Source: Cercozoa sp. M6MM
Lineage: Eukaryota > Protista > Endomyxa: Ascetosporea
DNA length: 64,000 nt
Reading direction: 5' to 3' (one strand)
NCBI GenBank assembly: GCA_040357565.1
Contig: JBDODJ010000005.1
In this document: positions 13,404-26,009 of the stretch, one piece after another
Layout: every line of letters starts with the position of its first letter
How positions within the stretch are numbered: position 1 is the stretch's first letter
The notes under the pieces: generated by a model
What the model was told of the DNA's origin: nothing
The model's database searches: none
What the model saw: only the letters and a program-made list of their open reading frames with translations
Program-made: the position numbers and the translations under genes

Positions 13404-14188
13404 AAGGGTAAAGGAGCTTAACGGGAGCTTAAAGGGAGAGTGTACCTTGTGGTTGATCAAGTCAAAATCCGGCTTGTTGAATCGCGCGGCCACGTGCTTG
13501 CGCGCAATGGCCATACCAACACCCTGTTGTCACATACCTCAAGTAAACACATCCCTCACCTGACCCAGCGCACGTATGAACCCACCATGGCAATGCCCTG
13601 ACCGAGAGGACCAGTCGTGACCTCAACACCTGTCCAAACAGTCCAGTGAGCAGTCAGGAGTGTAACATCCCGAGGTATGACCAAGGAGGTACCCGGCGTG
13701 ATGTGCGACTCCGGGTGACCCGGCGTGAGCGACTCGTACTGACGGAAGTTCTTGAGCTGCTCCATCCTGAACACGGAGGAAGGTGTATCTAAGCATTTGC
13801 AACAACAAGGAAAAAGCAGTACGTGAGGTGCTCGTTGCCGCAGAGATGCAGCATCGAGTACAGCAGCGCACAGCCGTGGCCGTTCGACAGCACGAAGCGG
13901 TCTACGAAACACACTCTCACTGTGCACACACAGTGCAACACACACTAGTCGCTGATACCGCGGTTCGGGAAGTTCGGCTGCGAGGCGGCGTACGTCATTA
14001 CGCGCGCGAACAGCACGTGCGCGGCCGGCGCCATACCCAGCGGCATACCCGGGTGGCCTGTCCGAGCACATACAGACGATAGACCATTGCAACCCTCAGG
14101 GTGCCGCTCGAGTACCCGAGTTGGCGGCCTGCACCATGTCGATCGACAAGGCGCGAATCTCGGCAACGCACTGCTCTTCAAGGCCCAT
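10563..14188 (-). CDS. TKT: Transketolase, multi-exon; one internal exon (13135-13258) is assembled on the + strand
   Basis: Spliced motifs [100 protein letters not shown]; ATG at 14188, TAA at 10563. Confidence 0.96.
13135..13258 (+). CDS. TKT: Transketolase TPP-binding exon in inverted orientation
   Basis: Encodes [41 protein letters not shown], flanked by TTGCAG and GTACTC on the + strand; its phases fit between the minus-strand exons ...DLINHK and (D)GTTDLAF. Confidence 0.93.
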
Positions 14189-14596
14189 GCTTTTTCTTCT
14201 CCTGTCCAACCAAACGAGAATGATACAGTGAGCGCAACAACGCACAAAAACTAGCTGCTCGCATGAGCAACCTGCGGGCCTTAGGCACTGCAGATGCTGT
14301 TCTGACTCTACAAGCACACACCTGACTACAAAGCCAATCCAAAAAGACTGCGTCGATGCTGGTTCGAACCTTTTGAAACTTTTGGAGTTTTTCAAGTCGG
14401 CGCGAGTTTGACAACCGAACCAGTTTTCTGGTTTATCATATTGGAAAACAGCTGCACTGGTGTTCGCAGCTGCATCGTTCAAGTTCAGTTCGATTTTCCT
14501 ACGCTACAACGCAACACTCTGACGGATGCGCAGCTATTTCGTCAGGTCGCTGCTTTGAATGAACGCAACCGAGCTGCTTACTGCGTGTTGGCGCGG

Positions 14597-15056
14597 TTAG
14601 TGCACCAGTGGCGGCAGGTACGGCGCCCTGGTAGTCGGCGGCACGGGAGAGTCGTCAATCTCGCCCACAAGTGCGCTAAAACGCACACACCGATAGATGA
14701 GTCGAAGGTCACACGGCACGGCAAGAAAGCTAGAGGGTATGGTACAGGTTATCACCGCGAATGATTTGCACGCCGAGCTGGTCCACATGTAAGTCGGCGT
14801 CCGGACTGAACACTCGCTCCTCGCAGGATACGAGCACCAAATTCGTTAGTCTGTCGAAGCCCTTTAGCGTGCCCTGTCAATAAAACACCAACCTTAGACA
14901 CCAAAAGCAAACACAAGAGGGTCATACCACGTAATTTCTGCCGTCATTTGTGATCACCGACACTCTCTTGCTGCATAAAAAGCGCGCATCCAAACCAAAG
15001 CACACCCGATTGTGAGAAAGAACATACTCAACGTAGTTAATCAACTCTGCTGACAT
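14597..15056 (-). CDS. LSM8: U6 snRNA-associated Sm-like protein LSm8 (4 exons)
   Basis: Spliced: MSAELINYVDKRVSVITNDGRNYVGTLKGFDRLTNLVLVSCEERVFSPDADLHVDQLGVQIIRGDNLALVGEIDDSPVPPTTRAPYLPPLVH*. Confidence 0.9.
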
Positions 15057-15373
15057 GGCTTATGTGCCCGACAGAGAACACACACACACACACTCTCTCG
15101 TACACTGGCGTCGCAAAACGGCACTCGATCACGCCTTTTATTTTCTCGCTGGCAAAATTAAAGTTTCAGAAACTGAGCCCGGTGGCACACCAGTGTGCCA
15201 GGTCGGTCCAGTCCTGCTCGTCACCGCCTGTCTTGAGCACCGCGTGATTGCAACGCAGCCGGGCAGCTGGAAAAGACAGGGCGGGACAGCAAGGAGCTGG
15301 ATAGCACGCCAAAGGCAGCCCGAGAAAATCCGCCCCAAGTTCCGTTTGCGTCGCAATAACCTTTTTTCCACGA

Positions 15374-16660
15374 ATGGACTTCAAGCTTCCTTCGAAAGAA
15401 ACCAGTCCAGCAGCACGAAGCAGCACGTCGCGCCGTAGCAGCCACACTTCGCCACTGAGCTTTGCGCTGAGTCATGCGCGGTCAAAGCACCAACGGATGT
15501 CTGAAGCAACGCTTCCGCGACGCAGGCAGCAGCAACCCGAGCGTGTCATTGACTTGGATGAGCAGGGTTATCAGATGATCGTGCGCAATCTGCCCGAAGG
15601 TGTCACTTCCGACTCTCTGCTCGAAACTGCGATCTTCAGCGACTTTGACATTTCGAACTGCAGCATCGCCGGGAAGACGGCGCGCTTGGTGTTCTACGAG
15701 AAGGACGATGCCGTGCAGTGCATGCGGCGGCAGCGTCGCCGACGCGATACCATCGACGGCAAGCTGCCGCGACTTACTCTCGAAAGCTCGACCGTGCCGA
15801 TGTGGTCCAAGCCTCCGCTCGAAGTCTCCTTTGGCAGGAGCGAGTCGACAGCCAGGTCTGCGCGGACCGAGCGACGCGAGTCTTCACGCCATGCTTTGCA
15901 CCACGAGTCGACGAAATCGCCGAAACAAGTGCCGAAGCAAGTCTCGAAAAAGCCTTTGAAACCACCGCCGCCGCAACGCGCACCGTCCGTGGCGACAGCA
16001 ATGCAGTCCGCAGTGACTGCGACGCCAGACCGACGACGCCGTCCTGTGGTACTGCGACCGAACCTCGAGTCCATTCCTTCCTCTGCTCGCCGGGCAGAGC
16101 AAGACGATGCGACACTGCTGAGCGAAGCGTCTGAGCAAAGCGAAGTGAATGAGCAAGGCGAAGTGAAGCATCAAGACGAAAGCGAAAATGCCGAAATGCG
16201 AGAGCAAGGTGAAAGCGAAGAGGGCGAAAGCTCGCCCGCGCCGAGAGAGCGTCGCGATGAAATAATCTCTTGGAGCGAAGACGACTCGGACGAGATGCCG
16301 CCTCTCGAAGAAGCTCCTTCGGAAACAGGGCCCTCCAAAGCGACACATCCCGAGGCCGACACCGCAGTTCCCGAGGCATTCGAGGAGGACGACGAGCTAG
16401 ATATCGGGCTCACCGGTGCCATCGCGGCACTCCAGCAGATGTCGCACCCTCTGCCAGAGATTTTGAGGCAGCTGCAGGCACCCTCCCGCGAGACAGGCGA
16501 GCCGCAGCAGAAACCGGCCTATGTTGTGCAGTGCACTACCTCTCGCGACACATCTCGCGCAGCGTCGAGAAGTCGCAGTCCGTCTCCGATGATGAACGAC
16601 GCCCGAAGTGCGAGTCCTCATGTATCCTGTCCCTCCCTCACTTTCCTTCTGTCTCCTTCC

Positions 16661-16697
<37 letters not shown>

Positions 16698-17174
16698 TCT
16701 TTTCTGACGCGTTTGCTCTTGTGTGTGTTCCTTGCAGCGATCAAAGTCGACGTGGCTTTTCTCCAGGTATTCCCATTTGTTCTTCTTTTCCAAGAGTGTG
16801 CATCTATCCTTTATTTGCTGTGTTGGAGCAGAGACTTTCTGTCGCGTTCTTCCTCGTACGGTCGCTCGCGGTCGCGGTCTCGTTCACGTCATCGTCGTCG
16901 TCGTCACTCGCGTTCGCCTTCGCGTCGTCGTTATCGCTCTCGTCATCGGTCTCGTTCACATCCTCGTCTTTCTCGTCCTCGGTCTCGTTCACATCCTCGT
17001 CTTTCTCGTCATCGGTCTCGTTCGGCACCGCAGCGGCGGCGGCATCGTCGCTCGCGTGATCGCTCTGGTTCGCAGAGATATCGTGCACAGTCGCGGTCAC
17101 GGTCGCGCTCGCGCGCTTCGTCCCGATCACGAAGGAGGCGCGACTTTGCGTTGCCGTCGCGTCAGCGTCGCTAG
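15374..17174 (+). CDS. RRM-containing protein with a C-terminal RS-rich domain (SR-related splicing factor-like)
   Basis: RRM-like YQMIVRNLPEGVT...TARLVFYEKDDAVQCM...TIDGKLPRLT; last exon RSRSRSRHRRRRHSRSPSRRRYRSR. Confidence 0.65.
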
Positions 17175-17209
17175 CTTCACTTAATTTACTTACTAAGTGT
17201 ACTGGTAAA

Positions 17210-17753
17210 CTACGGTCTGGGTGGGCCACCGGAAAAGCGCGACGCACGCCGGCGGTAAACTTCTGTGTCCGGCTGGGTCGGCAGGGACGACTGGGCCTCG
17301 AACTGGACAGGCGACTGAGAGGGAGCAACTTGAACGTCCGCAGCCGCCTCCTCTCGGGCATCGAGTTCCTCTAGCGACACAAACACATCCGGCGGCAGCG
17401 ACTCGACGGGTACAGCATGCAACGACAAGCAGTCCAAGCCTTGTTGGGACAGGTCGAGCAGAAATTCCTGCAACTTCGGGTCGTCCTCAACGCCTGGGAT
17501 AACCAAAGAACAACAAACAACTCGTGATGCCTGGGAAGCAAAAAAGACCGAGCAGTCAGAGAAACTGGCATACCTGGCGTGGCGCTGCCGGTCTCGAGCT
17601 CAGTCATAGGCGTTTCAGGGATCCTCACATAAGCATGAGCCAGTGAACGCAGCATTTGCTCGCTTTCCTGGTCGAGTTGACGCAGCGATTTTGCCAGTTT
17701 TGAGTCGACATCGTTGACCAGCACTGTGTGCCCAAACGATAGGGGTTTCTTGG

Positions 17754-17833
<80 letters not shown>

Positions 17834-20800
17834 CACACGCACACACACACACACACACAGCAGGAGCGGAGTACGCGATGAGTCGAATTTGTAAGCGAGC
17901 TGTTGCACGAGAGTGTCCGTGTCGACATCTGCAGGTACAGGACACGGCGCAGACTCGGACTCGGCCAGACACACGCCCGACTCAATCGCGAGTGCGAGGT
18001 CATCCGCGCTGAGCTGGTCGAGAGCGACACTGGCGTCGCACAGACGTGCCTGTGCGAGCGAGGTGCGCACCTCGAGTTGTGCCAGTTGCCGGCTGATCGG
18101 TGTCACCGAGGCAGTGACGGTGTCAGCGTCCCAGTCAGTGTCACCGTCAGTGTCCCTGTCAGTGTCGATGTCCATACTGGCCGTGTCAGTGTCCGCACCG
18201 ACAGCATCCGTGTTGGCAAGCAGCGCGGGCACAATGTCGGTAGCAGCATGATCCTCATCGTCGGGCACCTGCGCCAGGTCGCGCAGTATCGCGCGCAGCG
18301 ACGCCGCCGCACGCGTCAGCACGGCCGCCGACTGCGGGTCGGCCGCCACGTCGCCTGCCGCTGCCAGGCTCTCGCTCTCATCGGTCTGCGTGCGCACACT
18401 CGCCGATGGCAGTCCCAGCAGTGCGGCCTGGGGAAGGGATAAAGGATAGGGGTAAAGGGCAGGGTCAGGGGGTAAAAATGGGGGTAGGGGAAGGTAGGGA
18501 AGGAGTAGAAACAGGGAGATACGCTACCTCCTGCTGCACGCGGCGCGCCAGTTCCGGCGGCGGCAGCGACTCGGCCGGCACGCCGCCCCGCCGCAGGTGC
18601 CGCACCAGTCGGTCGATCTCGGCGTCCAGTGCCTCCACGTGTCGCGCGTGCTCGTCACGCTCCCTCCTCTTCTACCACACACGTGCACTCAGTCAAGTGG
18701 TAACAAAAGGTGGGCCACTCCGGGTGGCCACGTGCCTAAGGTACCAGTGACACGTGCGAGTCAAGCTGCGCGTCCAGTCGCGCGAGTGCCAAAAGTTCCT
18801 GCCGCGAGAAACGCAGCATCTCGGCCTCGGTCTCGGCGATGCACTTGTTCTGCATACCACGCGGCACAAATGAACCAGCATACAAACCAGCATATGGATC
18901 AGTCGTGCCCTGTGTCAAGTGCAGAAGGTACCAGTGCCTCCTGTGCCGTCCAAAGAGTCTTGTCGTCTGCCTCCGGGTAGAAGAACGGCGGCAGCGCCTG
19001 CTCCAACGACACTCGCTCCAGCGAGAAACGCGGCCGTCCGCCCTGCAGTCGCACCGCCTCGCGCAGCGCACGTGGTACCTCCTCCTTCTACCAAGGGTGG
19101 GGTAAGACATGTCCCTTGGGTGGAGGGTCAGTAAAGTAAAGGTACTCCTGGTGCCTGGCGAGGCACGAGCGAATCAAACACGCCGAAATTGCGCTCTTCT
19201 TTTCGTTTTTCGCTCTGATTTTTCGCAATAGAAAAAATGCAGCTCGAATTTTTGTCACGCAAAAACAAGAACAAACACGAAAGATACCGCGAACTTATCG
19301 AGATCGACGCTTTCCGTGAAGAAACCGTTCGACTGTGTCGTCGTGGTCACTGACGGTGCGATCGCTAAGGACTGACGGTGTGTCACGTGGCCCAGCACGC
19401 GCACCGAGGTTTGCGTGCTCACGCCGGGGAACAAAGCACCTGTCTCAGCCAGTTTCTCTAGCAGCTGCATCGCCCTGTACACATCGGGGGAGGGGTAAGA
19501 GGGGGGGGGGGGTAAGACGGTGGTAAAGAGGGGGGTAAAGAGGGGGTAAAGAGGTGGGTAAAGAGGGGGGTAAAGAGGTGGGTAAAGAGGGGGAGGGGGT
19601 AAACGACGCACCTGGCGTTGAGCAGCTCGATGCGCAGCATGCGCGGCGACATGGACGGTTCCGACAGCGATTGACGCACGCTTGTGCACAGACGACGCAT
19701 TGCGTCCGCGTGGACGGTGTCGACCTGAGTCATCAGTCGCACGTGGTCGTCACCGTCGCCATCACCGTCATCGACCATTCTGTCGACATCAGCAGCATCA
19801 GCAGCAGCAGCAGCGGCAGCAGCAGTGTCGGCAGTGGCACTGGCCTCGTGCTGTTGATACCGACGGTAGCGCCACCACTGGCGGTACAACCGTCGCGCGT
19901 TGCGGCGCGTCCACTGGAGCCACGTGGCACGGTGCGACTTGGGCCGCCGCTGCGCCAGCAGACACAGCAGAAACAGACGGTTCAGTACGTGCGAGTGATC
20001 ACGCGGCCACATGCGGTCCAGGTAGTCGCCGAGTCGTTTGAGACCGCCTGCACCGTCACCGGCCGAGTCGCCAGTCAAGCGGTCACCAGTCAGGTGGTCA
20101 CCAGTCAGACCACGTGGCAGGCGCGCACTGCGCATGAACTTGTGCGCGCGCAGACGGCGCTGCACGACGCGCAGCACCGAGGCCTCGTGCCGCGTGCCGA
20201 GTGCCAGCAGGGCGCAGCACGCGCGCACGTTGACGTCACGCCACTGCCGTCGCACCGTCTCGCTGCGCGGGTGCTGCTGCTGCGAGTCCAGCGCACGCTG
20301 CACGTGCTCTCTTGCCTGTGGGGATGCGGTGGGGTAGGGGATGTGGTACGGTAGGGGAGGATGTGATACGCAGGTAGGGATGGGTAGGGTAGGGGATGCG
20401 GTATCGTGGGATGGGGTAGGTTTGATCGGGTGGGGTGGGGTACCACGCGCACGCGCGCACGCATGCGGCGGCGGCGCAGGCGTCTGCGCAGACACGCGAG
20501 TTCGGCGGCGGTGCGGAAGCTGCAAAGTGCCGAGCGACGAGCGGCGGCGACGGAGAGACCGCGCGACACGAGTCGCAGCACGTGCTGGTGTCGCTGCCAG
20601 TCACGTGCCTTGCGTGACACCGTCTCCAGTGTGACACGTGACTCCCGCACCGTCTCAGTGTCACCCGCACTCACCGTCTCCTGTCCGTCCTCCTCTAGGT
20701 CGGTCTCGTCCTTGACCATATCGGTCTTGGCGGCCGCCTGCCACAGCTGTGACAGTGCCTGCTGCTACGGGGGGGGGGCAAATCAAAGCGGGGGGGTAGG

Positions 20801-20980
20801 GATAAACGGGGTAGAAGGATAAGGTACCTGCGCCTCGTGTACGTGCGCGTTGACGCAGCGCACGGGCAGAATGCGACCCACGAGTGCGACACTGTCACCG
20901 TCGTCGGTATCAGCCACCGTCGCTCGGCACTGCTGCCTCACCGTCATCTGGAGCTACACCGACACTCCTCAGTGTCACTG

Positions 20981-21011
<31 letters not shown>

Positions 21012-22446
21012 CAGAGTACAGGAGCAGCGCAAGCCTTCAGCCGTGCCACAACCGTCTCCGATGAGAGATCAATCGTCGCACCGTCGCTGGTGGAGAAACG
21101 CACCTCGGCACACGCGAACAAACCATCGCCTGCGCCGACTTCGGCGCCGCTGCGCCACGCCTCCGTTCTCTGGGGGAGGGGGGTAAAAGGAAGGTAAAGG
21201 AGGGCAAAGGGTAAGGGGTAAGAGAGGGGTAGGGGTAAAAGGGGACAAAGCTACCGAGCGCAGGTACACTGAGCCGCGAGCATCGCCAGCGACGATATTC
21301 TCAAAGCCGGGAAAACTCGGCGCACTGACCTGCTCAATAACAAGCTTTCCTACTCAGACAGCGTCCGCGCGGAAGCAGTTAAAACAACAAAGTACAGCTG
21401 CCGGTGACGACACTTGCCGCTTCAGTGTGCTCGCTGTCGACACTGGAACACTCTGCGAGTGGGGTTAGGGGTAAAGTGGGGGAGGGGGGTATAGCTGCTG
21501 TACACTCTGACGGAGCGTTGGGAGCTCCTGCAATCGGCGCGACGAAGCCAAACGGCGCCGAGCGACGGCGGCAGCGGCAGCACTCAGAGCAATCGGCGTC
21601 ACCAGGCGTCGCTTGGCCACCGGCGTCGCTGCCGGCGGTCGTTCCGAGAAACGGCCCTTCAGAGCGGATGCCGCAGGGGCAATCTCGGGAGGGGCAGTCT
21701 TCGGGAGAGCCATCTCCGGGAGAGCCGTCTCTGGGAGGGCCGTCTCTGGGAGGGAATGCTTGGGGAGGGAAGGGCAAGGCTTGCTGGGAGGCACCTGACT
21801 GGGAGGCACCTGACTGGGAGGCACCTGACTGGGAGGCACCTGACTGGGAGGCACCTGGGAGGGAGGAGGCGGACGTTCAGACTCCGCAGGAGCTGCCTCA
21901 GACACGGATTGTTCCTGGACAGTCTGTGTTTCAGTCTGTGTTTCCAAAGACGGCGCGTGCAGCTCGCGACTCCAGTGGTCGCGCTCGTCGTAGGAGTCGT
22001 CCCACCCGCGTCGGATCGGCCGCTGGTCGTACGGTCCGCGCGGGAACAACTCGGCCCGCACATAGTGGTCACGATTACCTTGAGTGCTCACCGGTGTCGC
22101 AGGCGGTTCTCCCTGCGATTGACCTTGTGACTGACCGTGTGACTGCGACTGTCTGAGTCGAGTGGGCACCCAGCTGCGCACCGACTTTGGTGACGGAGAG
22201 CGCCGCCGCTGACGCCTGGCTCCGCCTGCCAGAATCCTCAGGGGGTAGGGGGTAAAAAGAGAGTAAAGAGGAGGAGGGGCAATACGGAAGCTGCGACGCT
22301 GACGCGGCTCGTAGAAACTCTCGCGACTCGGCCGATCGCGCATCCAGCTCTGACTGTCGCGCTCGCCTTCGGGCCGCTCATCGCGCAGCCAGCGATCACG
22401 CTCCGGCGAGCGACGGTGCGGCGCCCGTTCTCGACTGTCAGACATT
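17210..22446 (-). CDS. Large multi-exon protein of unknown function (Arg/Pro-rich disordered N-terminus)
   Basis: Chain of minus-strand exons joined by GT-AG introns from MSDSRERAPHRRSPERDRW to ...SRFSGGPPRP*; no recognisable domain; not every junction was checked. Confidence 0.55.
21784..21860 (-). repeat. 15-bp tandem repeat (about 5 copies) encoding PPSQV
   Basis: gggaggcacctgact repeated on the + strand. Confidence 0.9.
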
Positions 22447-22840
22447 GTGCACTGGTGGCACCACGCTGGGAGAGAGCTCTGCCTGGCTTTGCCCAAGCGG
22501 CCTCACAATATCCGAAATCGTAACTCCTTGGTGCGCCGTTCGAAGCCACGCCAAGTGTACCGTCGCTCAGTGTTGTTAACACTGCCGTGGCCCTACTTGG
22601 AAGCTACGATGTGCCAAAAACATGGCGTATCGTTTACGGCTCACTTTGATCCAGATCAGAGATTCCGAAACAGGAAAAAACTGAACAACTGCTTTCACAA
22701 CTCGCGTGAATGGCACTAAACCCGTTTTTGTTCATCTGAATTCATCAGTTATCAGTTGTACTAGTTTTTCAACTGGTTATTATTGTTTTGTTACTTGTAC
22801 ACCGACGGTACTCCGGTCGGAGTCGAGTCGAGTACTGACT

Positions 22841-24843
22841 TTACCAGAAGAGGTTCTTGTCGACGGAGTCGCCGGGCTTGCCGATGCCGTACACGGTGAA
22901 ACCGATCTCACGCAAGGCGTCATGGTCCAGGATGTTGCGACCTGCCCCAGCAACAATGGGAGACACATGCCAAGGTGGGACGGTTTGTCAAGAGGGTAGG
23001 TAGGACAGGTACCGTCGAAGATGAAGGCAGGCTTCTCCATGTGGTCGTAGACGCGCTGGAAGTCAATGTCCTTGAACTCGTCCCACTCGGTCATGATGGC
23101 CAAGGCGTGGGCACCCTCGGTGGCAGAGTAGGCGTCGCCTGTACACAGCATGTACACAGACATCTCCAAAAGGGACAGACCACAGCGTACGAGCAATAGT
23201 GACAACGTCCTCGAAACTGTTGTCCTGCGGCAGAGCGTCGTAGTAGTCAAAGTCGAGGCGCATGCGCTCGTCCTCGACCTGTGTTGAGAGAGAAAGAGAG
23301 TGAGAGAGTGACTCATTAAGGAGCTGAAACGACAAAGGGTACACACAAGGCACCTTCGGGTCGTAGATCGACAGGAGAGCGCGCTCTTGCGCCAATTGCT
23401 TGCACACTGCGAGTACAGCACTACCTTGGGTAAACCTGGTCAAGGGTTGGGGATACCGTAGATCGCGGCCGTCTCGCGCGTGTCACCCGTGTCCTTTTTG
23501 AAGGCAAAGCCGAGAATGGCGATGCGCTTGCCGGCCACAGTGTTGTACTGCGCGTACACACACAGGTCACAATAAAGTCACACCGGTCACACCAGTCACT
23601 AGTCACATAGCAGAGTGGCACCAGCGATCGCAGGATCTGCTGCGAGAAGCGGCGCTTCTGGTAGTCGTTAATCTTGACGACACCCTCCCAGTACTCGGCC
23701 ACCTGACCACGCAGGACACACACCGATAGACCCGTACCAGGACACAGTACAGTCAGTCGTGTCAGCACAGTAGTGTACCTCAGGCAGACCGAGCGACTCG
23801 CAAATGTACACAAGGTTGAGAATGTCCTTCTGGAAACAGCTGCCACCAAAGCCGACCGAGCTACGAAGGAAGTGCTTGCCGATTCGCTTGTCCTGTGAGG
23901 GCATAATTATATATATACATATATATATATATATACGCAGGCAAGCACTCTACCATGCCAATGGCGTGCGCAACTTCGTCAACGTCGGCGCCAGTCTTCT
24001 CGCAGACAGCCTGTCAAACACTTCAATGAGTCGGCGCCAGTCTTCGGTGTGTGTGTGTGTGGGTTCACAGGTACCGAGATGGCGTTGATGGACGACACAC
24101 GCTGAGCCAGGAAGGCGTTGGCCTGTGCAGCAAAGGAGAGGTAGAGCAGGAAGCGTGCACAGTGGCATAGCACAGGAGTACCGTCAGTTTCGACAGCTCG
24201 GACGACCAGAGATTGGTGGTCACAATGCGCTCGGCGGGAACCCAGTGGCGGTACACCCAGACCAGACGATCCACGGCCTTGTCGTCGTTGCCACCTGCAC
24301 GTACCGTGTGATGTACTAACAGACAACAGACACTTGTATCTAAGGGTACCAATGAGCACGCGGTCGGGAGCCTCGAGGTCGCGGATGGCAGTGCCCTGCA
24401 GCACAGCACGTGGGGTGAATGAAAGTACATGAGGCTCGCTAAATTGTCTGTACCTCAGCGAGGAACTCGGGACACGACAGAATGCTGTACTTGATGCCCT
24501 GTCCAATCCAACAGACACGTATAAAGGTGGCTGCCCTGAACCAACAGTTTCCTTTGAGAGCAGTACATCTTCGTTCGTGTTGAGCACGCGCGCCATAGCC
24601 TCGGCCGTTCGGACGGGCAGCGTGCTCTTCTCCACAATGATCTAACGGACAGGATACAGGCACGTTAAAGCACAAAAGACAGAGACAGCGAAGAACCTTG
24701 GGCGACGTCGACACGCGACGAATGGTGCGTGCTGCGAGCTCCCAGTAGCGCAGGTCGGCCGCCTTGCCAGCACCCTCACCGTACGTCTTGGTCGGCGTGT
24801 TCACCGACACGAAGATGATATCGGCCTCCTGAATCGCCTTCTC
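22841..24843 (-). CDS. UGDH: UDP-glucose 6-dehydrogenase, 5'-truncated by the scaffold gap
   Basis: [115 protein letters not shown]. Confidence 0.95.
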
Positions 24844-25013
24844 TGCGTTCGTGTCGAAGCAGTAAAGGCACTCTGATCGCTGTATTGCTAGCGGNNNNNN
24901 NNNNNNNNNNNNNNNNNNNNNNNNNNNNNNNNNNNNNNNNNNNNNNNNNNNNNNNNNNNNNNNNNNNNNNNNNNNNNNNNNNNNNNNNNNNNNNACACAC
25001 ACACAAGACAAAC

Positions 25014-25536
25014 TGGGATACCCTTCATGCCCATGGCGTTCTCAGACAGGTCGAGCACCTTCAAGTTGGCGCGCGTGGCGCCCTCGGCCAGTGCCGTCAA
25101 AGCCTCCAGACCCACCTACATACACACACACATGCATGTACCCGTAGGTCTGTGCAAGGGATACAGAACCCCGGTGGAGACACAACGCACCTGCTCTGGA
25201 CGGCCGGCGATGGTGTCAGCGAGACAAGCGACTTCGAGGTTTGGCAGCGAGGACAGAATCTCGCCAGCCAGTTTGGCTGTGCAATACACTCAACATGAAC
25301 AATGGGTACAAAAAGTACACTTCACAAACGCAGCAGGAGACCAGCCTCAGCCGAGAAAGACTTGTTGCTCAAGTTGATCGACTTGATCGATTCGTCGCCA
25401 CTACATGTATCCAAACAGGGGTTTCAACCACACACGCGATTATCACTAAAGGCTACCGGAGAGATCCCATCAGCTCCTCGACTCGCTCGACCTCGAGCAT
25501 CTCGCGGACGTCGTCCGGCCACGCAAAGTCGTACAT
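25014..25536 (-). CDS. RANGAP1: Ran GTPase-activating protein (LRR), 5' exons only; the rest is lost in the gap
   Basis: Spliced: MYDFAWPDDVREML...IKSINLSNKSFSAEAAKLAGEILSSLPNLEVACLADTIAGRPEQVGLEALTALAEG..LKVLDLSENAMGMKG, which matches RanGAP LRR motifs. Confidence 0.8.
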
Positions 25537-26009
25537 CTCTTTCGATCTACCGAAACAGAAAAAGCTAGAAAAAGAAACCCTAGTCACTCGCGGCTCAGTA
25601 TGGCTCCTTATGGCTAACCTACGCCTGAAGATCTGTGCACACGCGCGCGCGCTGGTCTGCGCCTTGTTTAGTGCTGTATTGTACTGCACTTGAAACCGAA
25701 GATTATTCGCCAAGTGGAACTGAATCATTGCAACGCAAACTACGAAACGAAACTGACCATGACAGTGAGAGGTAGATCGATAATTAATAACAAACAGGAG
25801 GCAAGCGAGCTTGGGAGTTAAAACGAGAGACTTCGTGTGCGTTTTGATCGTTGAGGCACCTGCATGGTGTTGTTGCTGTTGTTGACTGGCATCATGAGGA
25901 GTAAAGAGGCACACTTGTGATATGGTGTGTGTGTTGTCATTTGTAGCGAGGCGGGCTGTTCTTGTTGTACGCACACTTGCAGAAGCAAACACAATTGCGT
26001 CGGTGAGAC

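Noticed and set aside
14190-14480. TPP riboswitch in the transketolase 5'-UTR intron
   Set aside because: No CUGAGA or ACCUGA core motifs visible on the sense strand
22841-25536. RanGAP-UGDH fusion gene
   Set aside because: The junction coincides with a placeholder 100-N gap and both partners are truncated there
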